Source of the DNA: Anaerolineales bacterium | GTDB taxonomy: Bacteria > Chloroflexota > Anaerolineae > Anaerolineales > JABWBV01 | NCBI GenBank assembly: GCA_013359445.1 | Contig: JABWBV010000082.1 | Coordinates: forward strand, 1 to 16,404 | Direction of reading: 5' to 3' | Length of the DNA stretch: 16,404 nucleotides | In this document: positions 1 to 9,151 of the stretch, piece by piece | Numbering within the stretch: the stretch's first letter is position 1 | How the letters are laid out: every line of letters starts with the position of its first letter | Position numbers and translations under genes: made by a program | Notes under the pieces: generated by a model | The model's input: the letters and a program-made list of their open reading frames with translations, nothing else | Told to the model about the DNA's origin: nothing | The model's database searches: none

Positions 1-43
1 AGAATTCCCTCTTAGGAAATGATCGCTCAAAAAAGGAGAAAAA

Positions 44-2053
44 ATGCAAATCCTCATCACCCTCTTCATTCTGGGAGTTATCGGCCTCATTGTTTTATGG
101 GGCATCTTCCAATTCGTTCGGTTCATCCCGAACAACCGCATCGGCCTGGTCGAAAAGCGCTGGAGTGGTAAAGGCTCGGTCAAAAGCGGCCTGATCGCCT
201 TAAATGGCGAAGCTGGCTTCCAGCCCGAAGTCTTGCGCGGTGGTATTCATCTGTTGATGCCCTTTCAATATAAGGTTCACATGGCCCCGCTTGTCACCAT
301 CCCGCAAGGGAAACTGGGATACGTGTTTGCCCGCGACGGAAAACCCCTCGACCCCACGCAAGTGTTAGCCTCGAACCAAATGGCAAATGAATTTCAAGAC
401 GTACGCGTATTTTTGCAAAACGGCGGACAGCGCGGGCCGCAACGTCTCATCCTCCGGGAAGGCACGTATGCCATCAACCTGGTTCAGTTCGTCGTGATGA
501 CGGAAGAACGGGTCTATTCACTCCCCCTCAGCCGGGAAGAAGCCGAGACCATCCAAAAAATGGCCGAGGTCATCACCGAGCGAAAAGGGTTCCGCGGCGT
601 GGTGATCAAAGATACCGATGATTTCGTCGGCATTGTCACTGTTCACGATGGCCCATCCCTGCCCCAGGGCGAAATCATCGCCGCCCTCAAAGGGGACGAC
701 CCCGACGATCCGGCCACGTACCACAACAGTTTTCAGGACCCTGACCGGTTCCTGCTCTCCGGCGGGATGCGCGGACGCCAGTTACAGGTTCTTGTCGAAG
801 GCACATATTACATCAACCGCTTGTTTGCCACCGTCGAGATGATTCCCAAAACCATCATCGAAGTCGGGTACGTGGGCGTGGTCGTTTCCTACACTGGCGA
901 AACGGGCGCGGACCTCTCCGGCAAAGAGTATCGGCACGGTGAATTGGTCGAGCGCGGCAATCGTGGCGTGTGGAGCACCCCGCTCATGCCCGGCAAATAC
1001 GCCTTCAACACCTACGCCGGGAAAGTGGTCGCTGTGCCCACCACCAACATCATCCTCAAATGGATTCGCAGTGAAACTGGCTCCCACAAATTGGACGAAA
1101 ACCTGAGCGAAGTCACCCTGATCACCAAAGACGCCTTCGAGCCGTCTCTGCCGCTTTCAGTCGTCATTCACATTGACTATCAAAAAGCCCCGTTGGTCAT
1201 CCAGCGTTTTGGCGACATTAAAAAACTGGTCGAACAAACGCTCGACCCGATGGTCTCCGCCTACTTCAAAAACATCGGGCAAATCCGCACGTTGATCCAA
1301 CTGCTTCAGGAACGGAGCAACATTCAGCATATCGCCAACACCGAAATGCGAGAGAAGTTCAACCACTACAACCTGGAACTGGAAGAAGTTCTCATCGGCA
1401 CTCCGAAATCCCCCGCGGGTGACATGCAAATCGAAACCATTTTGACCCAGCTCCGCCAGCGCCAGGTCGCCGAAGAGCAGGTTGAAACCTACGGACGCCA
1501 GGAAAAAGCCGCCGTCAAAGAGCGCGAACTCCGCGAGGCGCAGGCCCGGGCCGAACAACAGCAAAAGATCACCGAATCGGAATTGAGCATTACCGTATTA
1601 ACCAACCAGGGTAAAGCCGATTACAACCGTGCCCTGCAACAAGCCGCCCAAATCCGCGCCCTCGCGGAAGCCGAGGCCGAACGCACTGCCCGCATCGGTA
1701 TCGCCCAGGCTATCGCCACCGAAGAACAGGTGCGTGCGTATGGCGGCCCACAATTCCAGGTCACCCAACAAGTGCTCAATCGGTTTGCAGAAGCCATTGA
1801 AACGGCCAAAGTGGATGTCGTCCCCCGCATCGTCGTGGGCAGTGGCGGTGGCGAAAATGGAAGCATGGGGAGCAACAGTTTGATCGAAGCCTTGCTCGCA
1901 ATGCTCCTCTCCGACAAACTGAGCGCCATGAGCGGCGATCCCCAAACCACCCCGCGAGACCCCGCCGTAGACAGCCTCCGCACACAAATTCGCCAAACCC
2001 TTCAACAATCCACCACCACCCCACCACCCACCCCCCAACCGGGACAAAAGTAG
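44..2053 (+). CDS. SPFH/band-7 flotillin-like membrane scaffold protein (YqiK/FloA-type); N-terminal TM helix, SPFH domain, Ala/Glu/Gln-rich coiled coil, Pro/Thr-rich C-terminal tail
   Basis: A 669-aa ORF. An AAGGAG Shine-Dalgarno sits 8 nt upstream of the ATG at 44. The hydrophobic N-terminus (LITLFILGVIGLIVLWGIF) is followed by an SPFH-like region and an EAEAERTARIGIAQAIATEEQ coiled coil typical of flotillins. A rho-independent terminator follows the gene. Confidence 0.85.
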   Translation: MQILITLFILGVIGLIVLWGIFQFVRFIPNNRIGLVEKRWSGKGSVKSGLIALNGEAGFQPEVLRGGIHLLMPFQYKVHMAPLVTIPQGKLGYVFARDGKPLDPTQVLASNQMANEFQDVRVFLQNGGQRGPQRLILREGTYAINLVQFVVMTEERVYSLPLSREEAETIQKMAEVITERKGFRGVVIKDTDDFVGIVTVHDGPSLPQGEIIAALKGDDPDDPATYHNSFQDPDRFLLSGGMRGRQLQVLVEGTYYINRLFATVEMIPKTIIEVGYVGVVVSYTGETGADLSGKEYRHGELVERGNRGVWSTPLMPGKYAFNTYAGKVVAVPTTNIILKWIRSETGSHKLDENLSEVTLITKDAFEPSLPLSVVIHIDYQKAPLVIQRFGDIKKLVEQTLDPMVSAYFKNIGQIRTLIQLLQERSNIQHIANTEMREKFNHYNLELEEVLIGTPKSPAGDMQIETILTQLRQRQVAEEQVETYGRQEKAAVKERELREAQARAEQQQKITESELSITVLTNQGKADYNRALQQAAQIRALAEAEAERTARIGIAQAIATEEQVRAYGGPQFQVTQQVLNRFAEAIETAKVDVVPRIVVGSGGGENGSMGSNSLIEALLAMLLSDKLSAMSGDPQTTPRDPAVDSLRTQIRQTLQQSTTTPPPTPQPGQK

Positions 2054-2074
2054 CCCCCCTTTCTCCTGTACGAA

Positions 2075-2110
2075 ACAGCTCCTGGACGGTTCAGGGGCTG
2101 TTTTTTCTTT
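2075..2110 (+). terminator. Rho-independent terminator of the flotillin gene
   Basis: Stem AGCTCCTG (2077-2084) pairs with CAGGGGCT (2092-2099), including one G-U pair, around loop GACGGTT. It is followed by TTTTTTCTTT (2101-2110). Confidence 0.6.
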
Positions 2111-2179
2111 AAACCTATGCTATCATCACCTGCCAATTTCTAATTTCACCCAATTACTCAGGGTTGTTAACCTGCCCCC

Positions 2180-4192
2180 ATGCTCTACCTTCCCCTCCTT
2201 TTTCACTTTAACCAACACCTCAGCGAAATGGCCGCCCTCGCCAGTCAGGTATGCTACCGCGGCTTGTTACGCACCCTACGTGCCAACCCCCACACCAAAG
2301 CTAACCTACACATCTCCGGCACCCTGCTCACCGCCCTCAAATGGCTGGACCCCGAACCATTGGAACTGATCCGAGATGGATTGGCCGATGGACAATTTGA
2401 ACTCGTTGGCAGTACCTTTGCCCAAAACATCCCCTACGCCACCGACGATTGGGACAACGCCCATCAGATCGAACTGCACCGCCAGGTGCTGGAAGACACC
2501 TTCGGCGTCTCCCCCACCGCTTTTTGGAACGCCGAACGCTGTTGGCGACAATCCCTGGCCCCAATCATTGCCGCCGCAGGATACCGCACCATCACCCTCG
2601 AAGACCACATTCTGGAAGCGAGCGGAGGAAACGCCGCCCACATTTACCAAACCCGCGCGGGAGACCACACCCTCCAAATCGTGCGCGACGACGAAAAGCT
2701 CAAACACCTCTTCAACTTCGCCGCCTGGTTTGGCGATCACGAACCCATCCTCACCTACCTGACTGAGTGCCGCCCCCCCGTTGGCGAGGGTGTCCTGGCC
2801 TACGCCGAAGACGCCGAAGCGATGGGACTGTGGGGATATTTTCAAGGCGTCATCCCCCATCAAACCTGGGATCGACTAGATGCCCTGCTCAAAACCCTCG
2901 CGACCCGCCAAGACGCACGCCCCATCCTTTTTTCCGAAATCCCCGTCCCCTCACAAGAAATCACCCCCCTCGCCGATGGCGCCGCCACTTGGATGAACGC
3001 CTCCCTCACCCAACCCGGGCGCCCCTACCACGAAGACGGCTTCAAAGACTGGTTCGACTTCAACACCCACTCCCCCAAACTAGAAAAGTTTCGCCAATTT
3101 TTCACTGAAATCCGCCGCGAGCTTCAAGCCGCAGAAAAACAAACCGCCCAAATCGGCGCAAAAAAAATCTATCAACTCGCCCTCCACTGCTTCCTCACCC
3201 ACCAATACGAATTTGGGTGCATCGGCATTGGGGGGGATCAATTCCGGGGCTGGATGGGAGCCAAAGCCGCGCGGGTTCTTGCCTCATCCGTGTACATCGC
3301 CACTCTGGCCAAACGAAGCGGGGAGTCCCTCCAATTCACCATCGTGGACGACCTGAGCAAAGATGGCATCCGCGAATGGATGCACTTCCACGAAACCCAA
3401 CTGCTGATGGCCAGCCCCGTAGGGGGCCGTTTGTTATACTGGCTCAACCTGAAAAACGGACAAATGCTCGTTGGCAACCCCTCTGCCGTCGTCCGAGGCC
3501 CCTACCAAAACCACGCCGATCCGCCCCAGACTGTCGGCTACCCCAATTTTTGGCTTCCCGACGAAACGCCCTACACCCCCTACGATCAAACCGAACTGCC
3601 CCCCACCCGCCTCGAAAAATTTCTCCCGGAATGGGTATGGGAAGAGAACCCCGCCCCGGTCACCCTTGCCGTCCGCGAGATGCGCCAAGCCGGGGAACAA
3701 CACACCCTCCTGGCCCAACAAGGCGCGTTCTGCGATGAAATCTGGCTAGATGGCGAACAAGTCTTTACACGCACCACCCACATGAATGCCCAGGGTGCAC
3801 AGGAAGCCATTCGGTTTTACAAATCATTGGCCCCGTCAATCGGCTTTCGCAAAAAATACATTCTCACCCCCCATACAACCACGGTGACCTATACCTTTAC
3901 CAACACCAGTCCCCACCCCCACGCGATCCGCATGACCACCACCAGCGAACTCGCCCTGGACTACGCCGCCCTCCTGCAACACGGACGCGCCGCCCTGGAA
4001 TTTCTCCCCGACCAACCGGGGGTGGTGAACCCGCTCACAGGCGAAACCCTGGTTCTGATCTCCAAACGCCCAACGCAAGAAATCATCCGCACCCCGGCAC
4101 TTTTAGGGTTAATTGTCGGGTTGGGGTTCGAGTTTACCGTGCAACCTCATGAACCCATAAAATTTTCTATTCAGCTTGTTCGCACCCCCTAA
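2180..4192 (+). CDS. Glycoside hydrolase family 57-like protein (alpha-glucan-active enzyme family); atypical N-terminal motif
   Basis: A 670-aa ORF. The N-terminal LLFHFNQHL resembles the GH57 HxHQP region, and ELVGSTFAQNIPY resembles GH57 region II. WNAERCW matches the GH57 nucleophile motif W-x-x-E-R-x-W. AEDAEAMG resembles the acid/base region. No clear Shine-Dalgarno is present. Confidence 0.55.
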   Translation: MLYLPLLFHFNQHLSEMAALASQVCYRGLLRTLRANPHTKANLHISGTLLTALKWLDPEPLELIRDGLADGQFELVGSTFAQNIPYATDDWDNAHQIELHRQVLEDTFGVSPTAFWNAERCWRQSLAPIIAAAGYRTITLEDHILEASGGNAAHIYQTRAGDHTLQIVRDDEKLKHLFNFAAWFGDHEPILTYLTECRPPVGEGVLAYAEDAEAMGLWGYFQGVIPHQTWDRLDALLKTLATRQDARPILFSEIPVPSQEITPLADGAATWMNASLTQPGRPYHEDGFKDWFDFNTHSPKLEKFRQFFTEIRRELQAAEKQTAQIGAKKIYQLALHCFLTHQYEFGCIGIGGDQFRGWMGAKAARVLASSVYIATLAKRSGESLQFTIVDDLSKDGIREWMHFHETQLLMASPVGGRLLYWLNLKNGQMLVGNPSAVVRGPYQNHADPPQTVGYPNFWLPDETPYTPYDQTELPPTRLEKFLPEWVWEENPAPVTLAVREMRQAGEQHTLLAQQGAFCDEIWLDGEQVFTRTTHMNAQGAQEAIRFYKSLAPSIGFRKKYILTPHTTTVTYTFTNTSPHPHAIRMTTTSELALDYAALLQHGRAALEFLPDQPGVVNPLTGETLVLISKRPTQEIIRTPALLGLIVGLGFEFTVQPHEPIKFSIQLVRTP

Positions 4193-4224
4193 AGAAACAC
4201 TCCGCGAGATAGCGGACCTCCCCC

Positions 4225-4262
4225 AAAAAAAAGGCCGGGCAGTTGAACTGCCCGGCCTTTTT
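4225..4262. terminator. Bidirectional rho-independent terminator shared by the convergent GH57-like and metalloprotease genes
   Basis: A6-8 run (4225-4232), then GGCCGGGCAG (4233-4242), loop TTGAA, then CTGCCCGGCC (4248-4257), then TTTTT (4258-4262). It is a perfect 10-bp GC-rich stem flanked by an A-run and a T-run. Confidence 0.7.
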
Positions 4263-4265
4263 CCA

Positions 4266-6872
4266 TCACTCACATCCGTAAAAAGTTCCCGCCACACCAT
4301 TCCAACAGACGTAATTGTTCCAGCGCCCGGAATTCCCGCCCAGCGCGTCTTTGATGGCCAGGGCCGCTCCATAGCCCCCGTTTTCCCACACGGTATCGTC
4401 CACCAACTCAAAGAGTTCGGCGTGAGAGGGCCGGTTCCCCGGACTGGTGTGGTAATCCCACCACATCCGCATCCAGTCCAACTCGTAGCCATAGTAATCA
4501 CAGACAAAGATCAGGCCGCCGGGATATTGCAGATGGCAGTATGGTTGATCATCGCCGATTTCCGCGTGATAGACGGTGTTGCTCCCGTCCCAGTAAACGA
4601 TGATCCCGTCCGGGTTCAGTTCGCTGACATCGTCGTGCGGATGATAGTTCCAGATATCCACCGCCACAAAGTGCCCCCACCCCTCCATCGAGGCACACGA
4701 ACCATATTCGACACCTTTCATCCCGTGCCCGGAACCATTGTAGGAGCAGTCGTTTTTATAATCAGCTACGGAAGCCAACAAACGGTGCCCGTATTCGTGC
4801 GCCAGGATGAATTTGCGCCGATATTGCCCGGAACTCATAAAGATTCCGGGTTGCCCGTACATATTCGTGGCACAGGATCCTTTGTCGGGATCATCCCCAC
4901 ATCCGGCTTTTTTCAGGTAATACGTGACGCCGTTCACGCCGCCGTTGAACCGTTCCTGGGCGGAATACGCCAGCATTCCCATCGAGTCGAAGTTCCACAT
5001 TTCCGGGCGGTAGATGTAATTGGGAAAAACGTTGTCAATCCACACAGCATAGTTCACGAGGTCCGAGGCGTCATTTGCCGCGGACGAAAGGTGACGCACG
5101 GTGATGTAGCCCCCCCCACTTTCAAGGCGCGCTTCGCCTTTCCAGGACGCATACACCCCAGCATTGGAAGTAGTGTTCACATAGGTACATCCATATCGGT
5201 TCAAATACCCATCGAATATTTTCACGCCGCTCTGCCAGAGGGACATTTTCGCACCGCGCGCCCGCCAACCGCTGTCTGAGGTACCGTAATCCTCGCCGAA
5301 GCCGTTATCGGTGGGGGCCACATACCACTCCAAACAGAAGGTGAAGGTGAACGTTGGCACGTCGGTTTCGGGCAATTGCACGAGGTTCAGACTCCCATCG
5401 CCGAGGCCCGCGCCGGGGGTGGGGAAGTCATCGCTGGTGCCAGGGTCCTCGGACTCTTCGATAATCACCGGGTCGCCGACTTCGTACATCACAAGGTCCG
5501 CCAACAGGGTGGGGTCTTCGCCAGAGGGGATAATTGCCTGGAGCATGGGGCCGATGGCGGCGTTGTGATCGAACTGGAGCGCGCTCGTCTGCCGGGCCAG
5601 ACCGAGTTCGTTGTACACCACAAGCTTGCCTTCAGGGTCGGTTTCTTCGGGGTGGAAGGCGAGGAAGGGGATTTCTATTTTGTAGAATTGTCCCGTTGCC
5701 AAATCCGTGACCATCACTTCGCCCATCACGCGGGCGGCTTCCCGGACTTTTTGCACGGCGGGGAGAAGTAACCCAATGAGAATCGGATCGGTTACGACTT
5801 CCCCGGCGAGGACGGTCATGGGTTCGCCTCGGTGTTCGGTTTGTTCGCCGCCGGAAAAGATCGTGAGCAGGTACTCGACTTGTTTATCGCTGTCGCTGTT
5901 ATTTGCAAAGGAAAGCAGAAGATTGTCGATATCGACCACCACACTGCTGTCATCGGTGGGGAGTTGCGGCCAGCCGAATTGCACTTCGGTGGGGATGCTT
6001 TCGTCCACGTGGGTGTCGTCATCGTCGGGGGGGGGAGGGGTTCCGCCACCGCCGCCCGCGACGAGGGGGAGAAAAACGGCGTGTTGTTCGTTCCAGCGAT
6101 AATCTTCGGTCTCGCCAAAGGTGTATCCTACCGCGGGGCCGGTGCCACTGTCGGAGGTAGCGGTTTGTTCGGCGACGGATAGCCGCATCCACAGGGGTTG
6201 ATCGGGATCGGGATTCCAGACGGTGAATACCGGGCTGACGAAGGAATACGTCCCCGGCCCTGGCAGGGTGAGGGACATGTTCTGCATCGCCCACTCCGAG
6301 ACGACCGCGGCAGTCCCCGGACAGGTTCCGGCGACCCCGCCCCAAGCCCCGCTCCGGTTCCAGTCCGCCCAAAGGTTGGCGTAGGCGACGACGCTGGTCG
6401 GGAAGGTGGCCGGAACGGTGACGGTAAAGCGCACGATCATTTCCTGGCAATGGGGCAGTTGGCGGGGGAGTTCCAGGCCGTTGTCTGCGCCGTCGTTGTT
6501 GGCGGCAAGGCCAAGGGTGCCCGTGATGATGAGGTTATTGCCGTCGGGGTCGGTGTCGATGCCGACGTCGGGCAATTCTTCGCCGCTGACGCCCGTGCCG
6601 AGGTAAAACGCGAGGGTGGTGTTATCGTGCCAGGGACCGTTGGCATCGAGGGTGGTGGGAAATTGCCCGGGGACCCCCGCATAGGCCTCGAACGCGGCCC
6701 CCGCGGAATTCGCGCTGTCGGGCGCGTCGCCGTAGTCGTGGGTGGGTGCGCCCCCACCGGGCAGGGTGAAGGGCAGTGGGGGATGATGCACCGGCGGTGG
6801 CGCGGCCGCGGTCAGGAAGGCGAACGCGATCAGCGTCACGCCCAGCCACGGGAGAAGTTGTTTGGGTTTCAT
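4266..6872 (-). CDS. Secreted zinc metallopeptidase (HEXXH zincin) with N-terminal GEVED-like domain and Gly/Pro/Asp linker
   Basis: The start is placed at the ATG at 6872 (MKPKQLLPWLGVTLIAFAFLTAAAP signal peptide) with a GGAGGT Shine-Dalgarno 5 nt upstream; the track's longer start at 6950 has no SD. The domain begins DYGDAP and ends GETEDY, the GEVED-family signature as recalled. A GGGGGTPPPPDDDD linker follows, and the C-terminal domain carries FILAHEYGHRL (HEXXH). Confidence 0.8.
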   Translation of the reverse strand: MKPKQLLPWLGVTLIAFAFLTAAAPPPVHHPPLPFTLPGGGAPTHDYGDAPDSANSAGAAFEAYAGVPGQFPTTLDANGPWHDNTTLAFYLGTGVSGEELPDVGIDTDPDGNNLIITGTLGLAANNDGADNGLELPRQLPHCQEMIVRFTVTVPATFPTSVVAYANLWADWNRSGAWGGVAGTCPGTAAVVSEWAMQNMSLTLPGPGTYSFVSPVFTVWNPDPDQPLWMRLSVAEQTATSDSGTGPAVGYTFGETEDYRWNEQHAVFLPLVAGGGGGTPPPPDDDDTHVDESIPTEVQFGWPQLPTDDSSVVVDIDNLLLSFANNSDSDKQVEYLLTIFSGGEQTEHRGEPMTVLAGEVVTDPILIGLLLPAVQKVREAARVMGEVMVTDLATGQFYKIEIPFLAFHPEETDPEGKLVVYNELGLARQTSALQFDHNAAIGPMLQAIIPSGEDPTLLADLVMYEVGDPVIIEESEDPGTSDDFPTPGAGLGDGSLNLVQLPETDVPTFTFTFCLEWYVAPTDNGFGEDYGTSDSGWRARGAKMSLWQSGVKIFDGYLNRYGCTYVNTTSNAGVYASWKGEARLESGGGYITVRHLSSAANDASDLVNYAVWIDNVFPNYIYRPEMWNFDSMGMLAYSAQERFNGGVNGVTYYLKKAGCGDDPDKGSCATNMYGQPGIFMSSGQYRRKFILAHEYGHRLLASVADYKNDCSYNGSGHGMKGVEYGSCASMEGWGHFVAVDIWNYHPHDDVSELNPDGIIVYWDGSNTVYHAEIGDDQPYCHLQYPGGLIFVCDYYGYELDWMRMWWDYHTSPGNRPSHAELFELVDDTVWENGGYGAALAIKDALGGNSGRWNNYVCWNGVAGTFYGCE

Positions 6873-6966
6873 AGCGACCTCCAAAATCTGGGGTGGGAGG
6901 TGAGCATCCCCTCTCACATCCCACCATAAGAAACTTGTAATTACGCACACGCAAAGCGTTAAGCTC

Positions 6967-7011
6967 GAAACAAGAATGACAGGAGGGACCTCCCCCTGTC
7001 ATTCTTGTTTT
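6967..7011 (-). terminator. Perfect 15-bp inverted repeat (hairpin H2) between the beta-helix protein gene and the metalloprotease gene; REP-like/terminator-like
   Basis: AACAAGAATGACAGG (6969-6983) pairs with CCTGTCATTCTTGTT (6995-7009); the 11-nt loop itself contains GGGA/TCCC. It lies 33 nt downstream of the stop of the 7044..9047 gene. The U-tract is weak (TTTTGG on the plus strand). It is sequence-related to the hairpin at 9111-9147. Confidence 0.45.
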
Positions 7012-7043
7012 GGAACTACACTTGGTGTGCCATAACCGATATT

Positions 7044-9047
7044 TTATTTGACCAAAAGCGGCAGGAATACTTGCAGGACGTATTCAAACGCCCCGATATC
7101 ACAGTTGCCCACGCGAGGATAGCCGCGCTGATCCACCTCGTTGACCACAGTGCCCGGATCACAATAGTAGCTATCGCCCGTGTCTACCGCCGCGCTGGTC
7201 GCGTCAAGCGCCCACGTCCACGTCGGGCCACCGTTGTTTTGCACCGCGCCGACTAATCCGGCGGGCGTACTGGGTTGGTCGCCTGCCGCGTTCAGGTTGC
7301 AGTCACTCCCTTCGGAGAGGTTGTGGCCGAGCGAGATCAGGTCGACCAGTGAGACGGTAGTGCAGGTGGCAAATGGGTGAGCGCCAAAAAGCGTGTTGAC
7401 CATCCAGACTTTGCCCAGGTTGTAGAGGGCACTGCCTTGCATCCCGTTTGCCTGATTAAGGGCGAGGGTGGTGTTGGTTGTGGTGACCAGTCCGGTGGCG
7501 GCAATGTACACGCCACCCCCAAGATCGGTGGCCATGTTTTCGGCCAGGGTGGAATTGATAAAATGCAGGCTATTATCTGTCCACAAGGCCCCCCCATCAT
7601 TTCCCGACGTGTTTAAGTGGAAAAGCGTGCCACGAATGAGGTTTTCATTGTTGGGAGATGAATTGCTCTTTTGGTAAATGGCTCCGCCGCTATCGCCCGC
7701 CGAATTTTCAGAAAAAGTTGAATCTTGCAATTGCAAGCGATAGTTGTGGATGTACGCGCCGCCACCAAAGCCTTCTGCCGTGTTGTGATGGAGACGCAAA
7801 CGTGTGCCTGTAAAAAATTGCGTGTACACCGCCCCGCCATCCAGTGCAGTGTTATCCAAAAAGGTCACATCGGTTCCCTCGAACCAGGTTAAAGCATACG
7901 CCGCTCCACCTTCCGTGGCTTGATTGCTTTGGTAGGTGCCCCCCTGCTGTTCGAGATAGGACACCGCCACCGCCCCGCCATGATCCCCCGCGGAATTGAG
8001 AGAAAAATTGGTTTCCACCAGGGAGAGCGTCCCCGAGCCTTGTGCGTAAATCCCCCCACCATCCGATCCGGCTGTGTTTTCCGAAAAAGTGGTCGCTATC
8101 ACAGTCAGGGCATCTGTCGTGAACGCATCGAAAGAATGCAAACCGCCCCCGCTTCCCGTCGTGGCTTCATTGACTTCGATCAAAGAATGGGAAATCGTAA
8201 TAGTTGCCGTTTGAGCAATCAGGCCTCCGCCGTCGCCGGCCGCCGTGTTGAGGGAAATCGTACTTGAATAGATTTCCGTCACCCCGCCTGCGATCCCGAT
8301 GCCCCCCCCACTGCCTGGGGTTGAATTGGCACGGACGAGTGCATTATTCAATTTTAGATAAGCCTCTGGCCCGGTGCTATAAATGCCACCTACGACTTCC
8401 ACCCCCTCATTCAATACCACCTGGGTGCCATCCAAAATCGCGCGCCCACCTAAACCACTAAAATTGAGGTTGTACAAGCCACCCCCGTACCCCGCGGTGC
8501 CATTGCGAAGCTCGCCGCCGTACATGGTAAAGGCCCCATCCTGATTGAGAACGATGCCCCCCACCGGCCCCGCGGCAAGGGTCACATCGCCATTGATCAG
8601 CGCCAAACCCGTTATTTCCACGGTCGCGTCGATCAGGTGCAGAACCCGATCGAGAAGCGCGGCATCAATGGTGGCGGTTCCGTTCTCTGCAACGACAAAT
8701 TGCACGTCGAGTTCCGCCGAATTATCGACAATATCCAAATCACCGGTGGCGGAGGCATCTTCGTCCATTCCAGCCAATGCCAGGGTGTAGGTTTCCCCGT
8801 TTGCAAGGGTGATCACGTCCGTTTCGGTGTCACTTCCGGCGGGGCACTCGCCCAGCACAATGCCGGAGACGGTGTTCGTGTTGGCAGAGATGATGGCTTC
8901 GCGCAACGAACAAACGCCATCTATCCCGCTCACCACATCCACAGCAGTGGTTACGGTGAGGGCGGCGGCTCGGACGGGACGCGCTAGCAATGCCCCGAGC
9001 GCCATAACAGCCAGCAACGATGAAAGTGCAAAACGTTTGAACAACAT
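7044..9047 (-). CDS. Secreted right-handed parallel beta-helix (Pmp-like repeat) protein with N-terminal CSLREA domain and C-terminal choice-of-anchor Q domain
   Basis: A 667-aa ORF with an AAGGAG Shine-Dalgarno 8 nt upstream of the ATG at 9047. The signal peptide is MLFKRFALSSLLAVMALGALLARPVRAAA. The literal CSLREAI motif is present. Many GGG(I/L/V)Y/GGA(I/V/L) beta-helix repeats follow. The C-terminus DQRGYPRVGNCDIGAFE matches the choice-of-anchor Q signature. Confidence 0.85.
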   Translation of the reverse strand: MLFKRFALSSLLAVMALGALLARPVRAAALTVTTAVDVVSGIDGVCSLREAIISANTNTVSGIVLGECPAGSDTETDVITLANGETYTLALAGMDEDASATGDLDIVDNSAELDVQFVVAENGTATIDAALLDRVLHLIDATVEITGLALINGDVTLAAGPVGGIVLNQDGAFTMYGGELRNGTAGYGGGLYNLNFSGLGGRAILDGTQVVLNEGVEVVGGIYSTGPEAYLKLNNALVRANSTPGSGGGIGIAGGVTEIYSSTISLNTAAGDGGGLIAQTATITISHSLIEVNEATTGSGGGLHSFDAFTTDALTVIATTFSENTAGSDGGGIYAQGSGTLSLVETNFSLNSAGDHGGAVAVSYLEQQGGTYQSNQATEGGAAYALTWFEGTDVTFLDNTALDGGAVYTQFFTGTRLRLHHNTAEGFGGGAYIHNYRLQLQDSTFSENSAGDSGGAIYQKSNSSPNNENLIRGTLFHLNTSGNDGGALWTDNSLHFINSTLAENMATDLGGGVYIAATGLVTTTNTTLALNQANGMQGSALYNLGKVWMVNTLFGAHPFATCTTVSLVDLISLGHNLSEGSDCNLNAAGDQPSTPAGLVGAVQNNGGPTWTWALDATSAAVDTGDSYYCDPGTVVNEVDQRGYPRVGNCDIGAFEYVLQVFLPLLVK

Positions 9048-9105
9048 AAAAACAAACTCCTTATGATCAGTTTTTAGGAATTACTCACCAAGAGAGGAAA
9101 TTTCA

Positions 9106-9151
9106 GAAAAAGGATGTCAGGGGAATGCACATCTCCCCTGACATCCTTTTT
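9106..9151. terminator. Perfect 14-bp palindromic hairpin (H1) flanked by an A-run and a T-run; bidirectional terminator-like, immediately 3' of small gene A
   Basis: AAAA (9107-9110), then AGGATGTCAGGGGA (9111-9124), loop ATGCACATC, then TCCCCTGACATCCT (9134-9147), then TTTT (9148-9151). It abuts the stop codon of the small gene at 9151-9153 and lies upstream of the 9047 start of the beta-helix gene. Confidence 0.65.

Noticed and set aside
6873-6950. Longer start (MCVITS...) of the metalloprotease ORF at 6950
   Set aside because: The ATG at 6872 has a GGAGGT Shine-Dalgarno at optimal spacing and begins a canonical signal peptide (MKPKQLLPW...), whereas the upstream extension has no SD.
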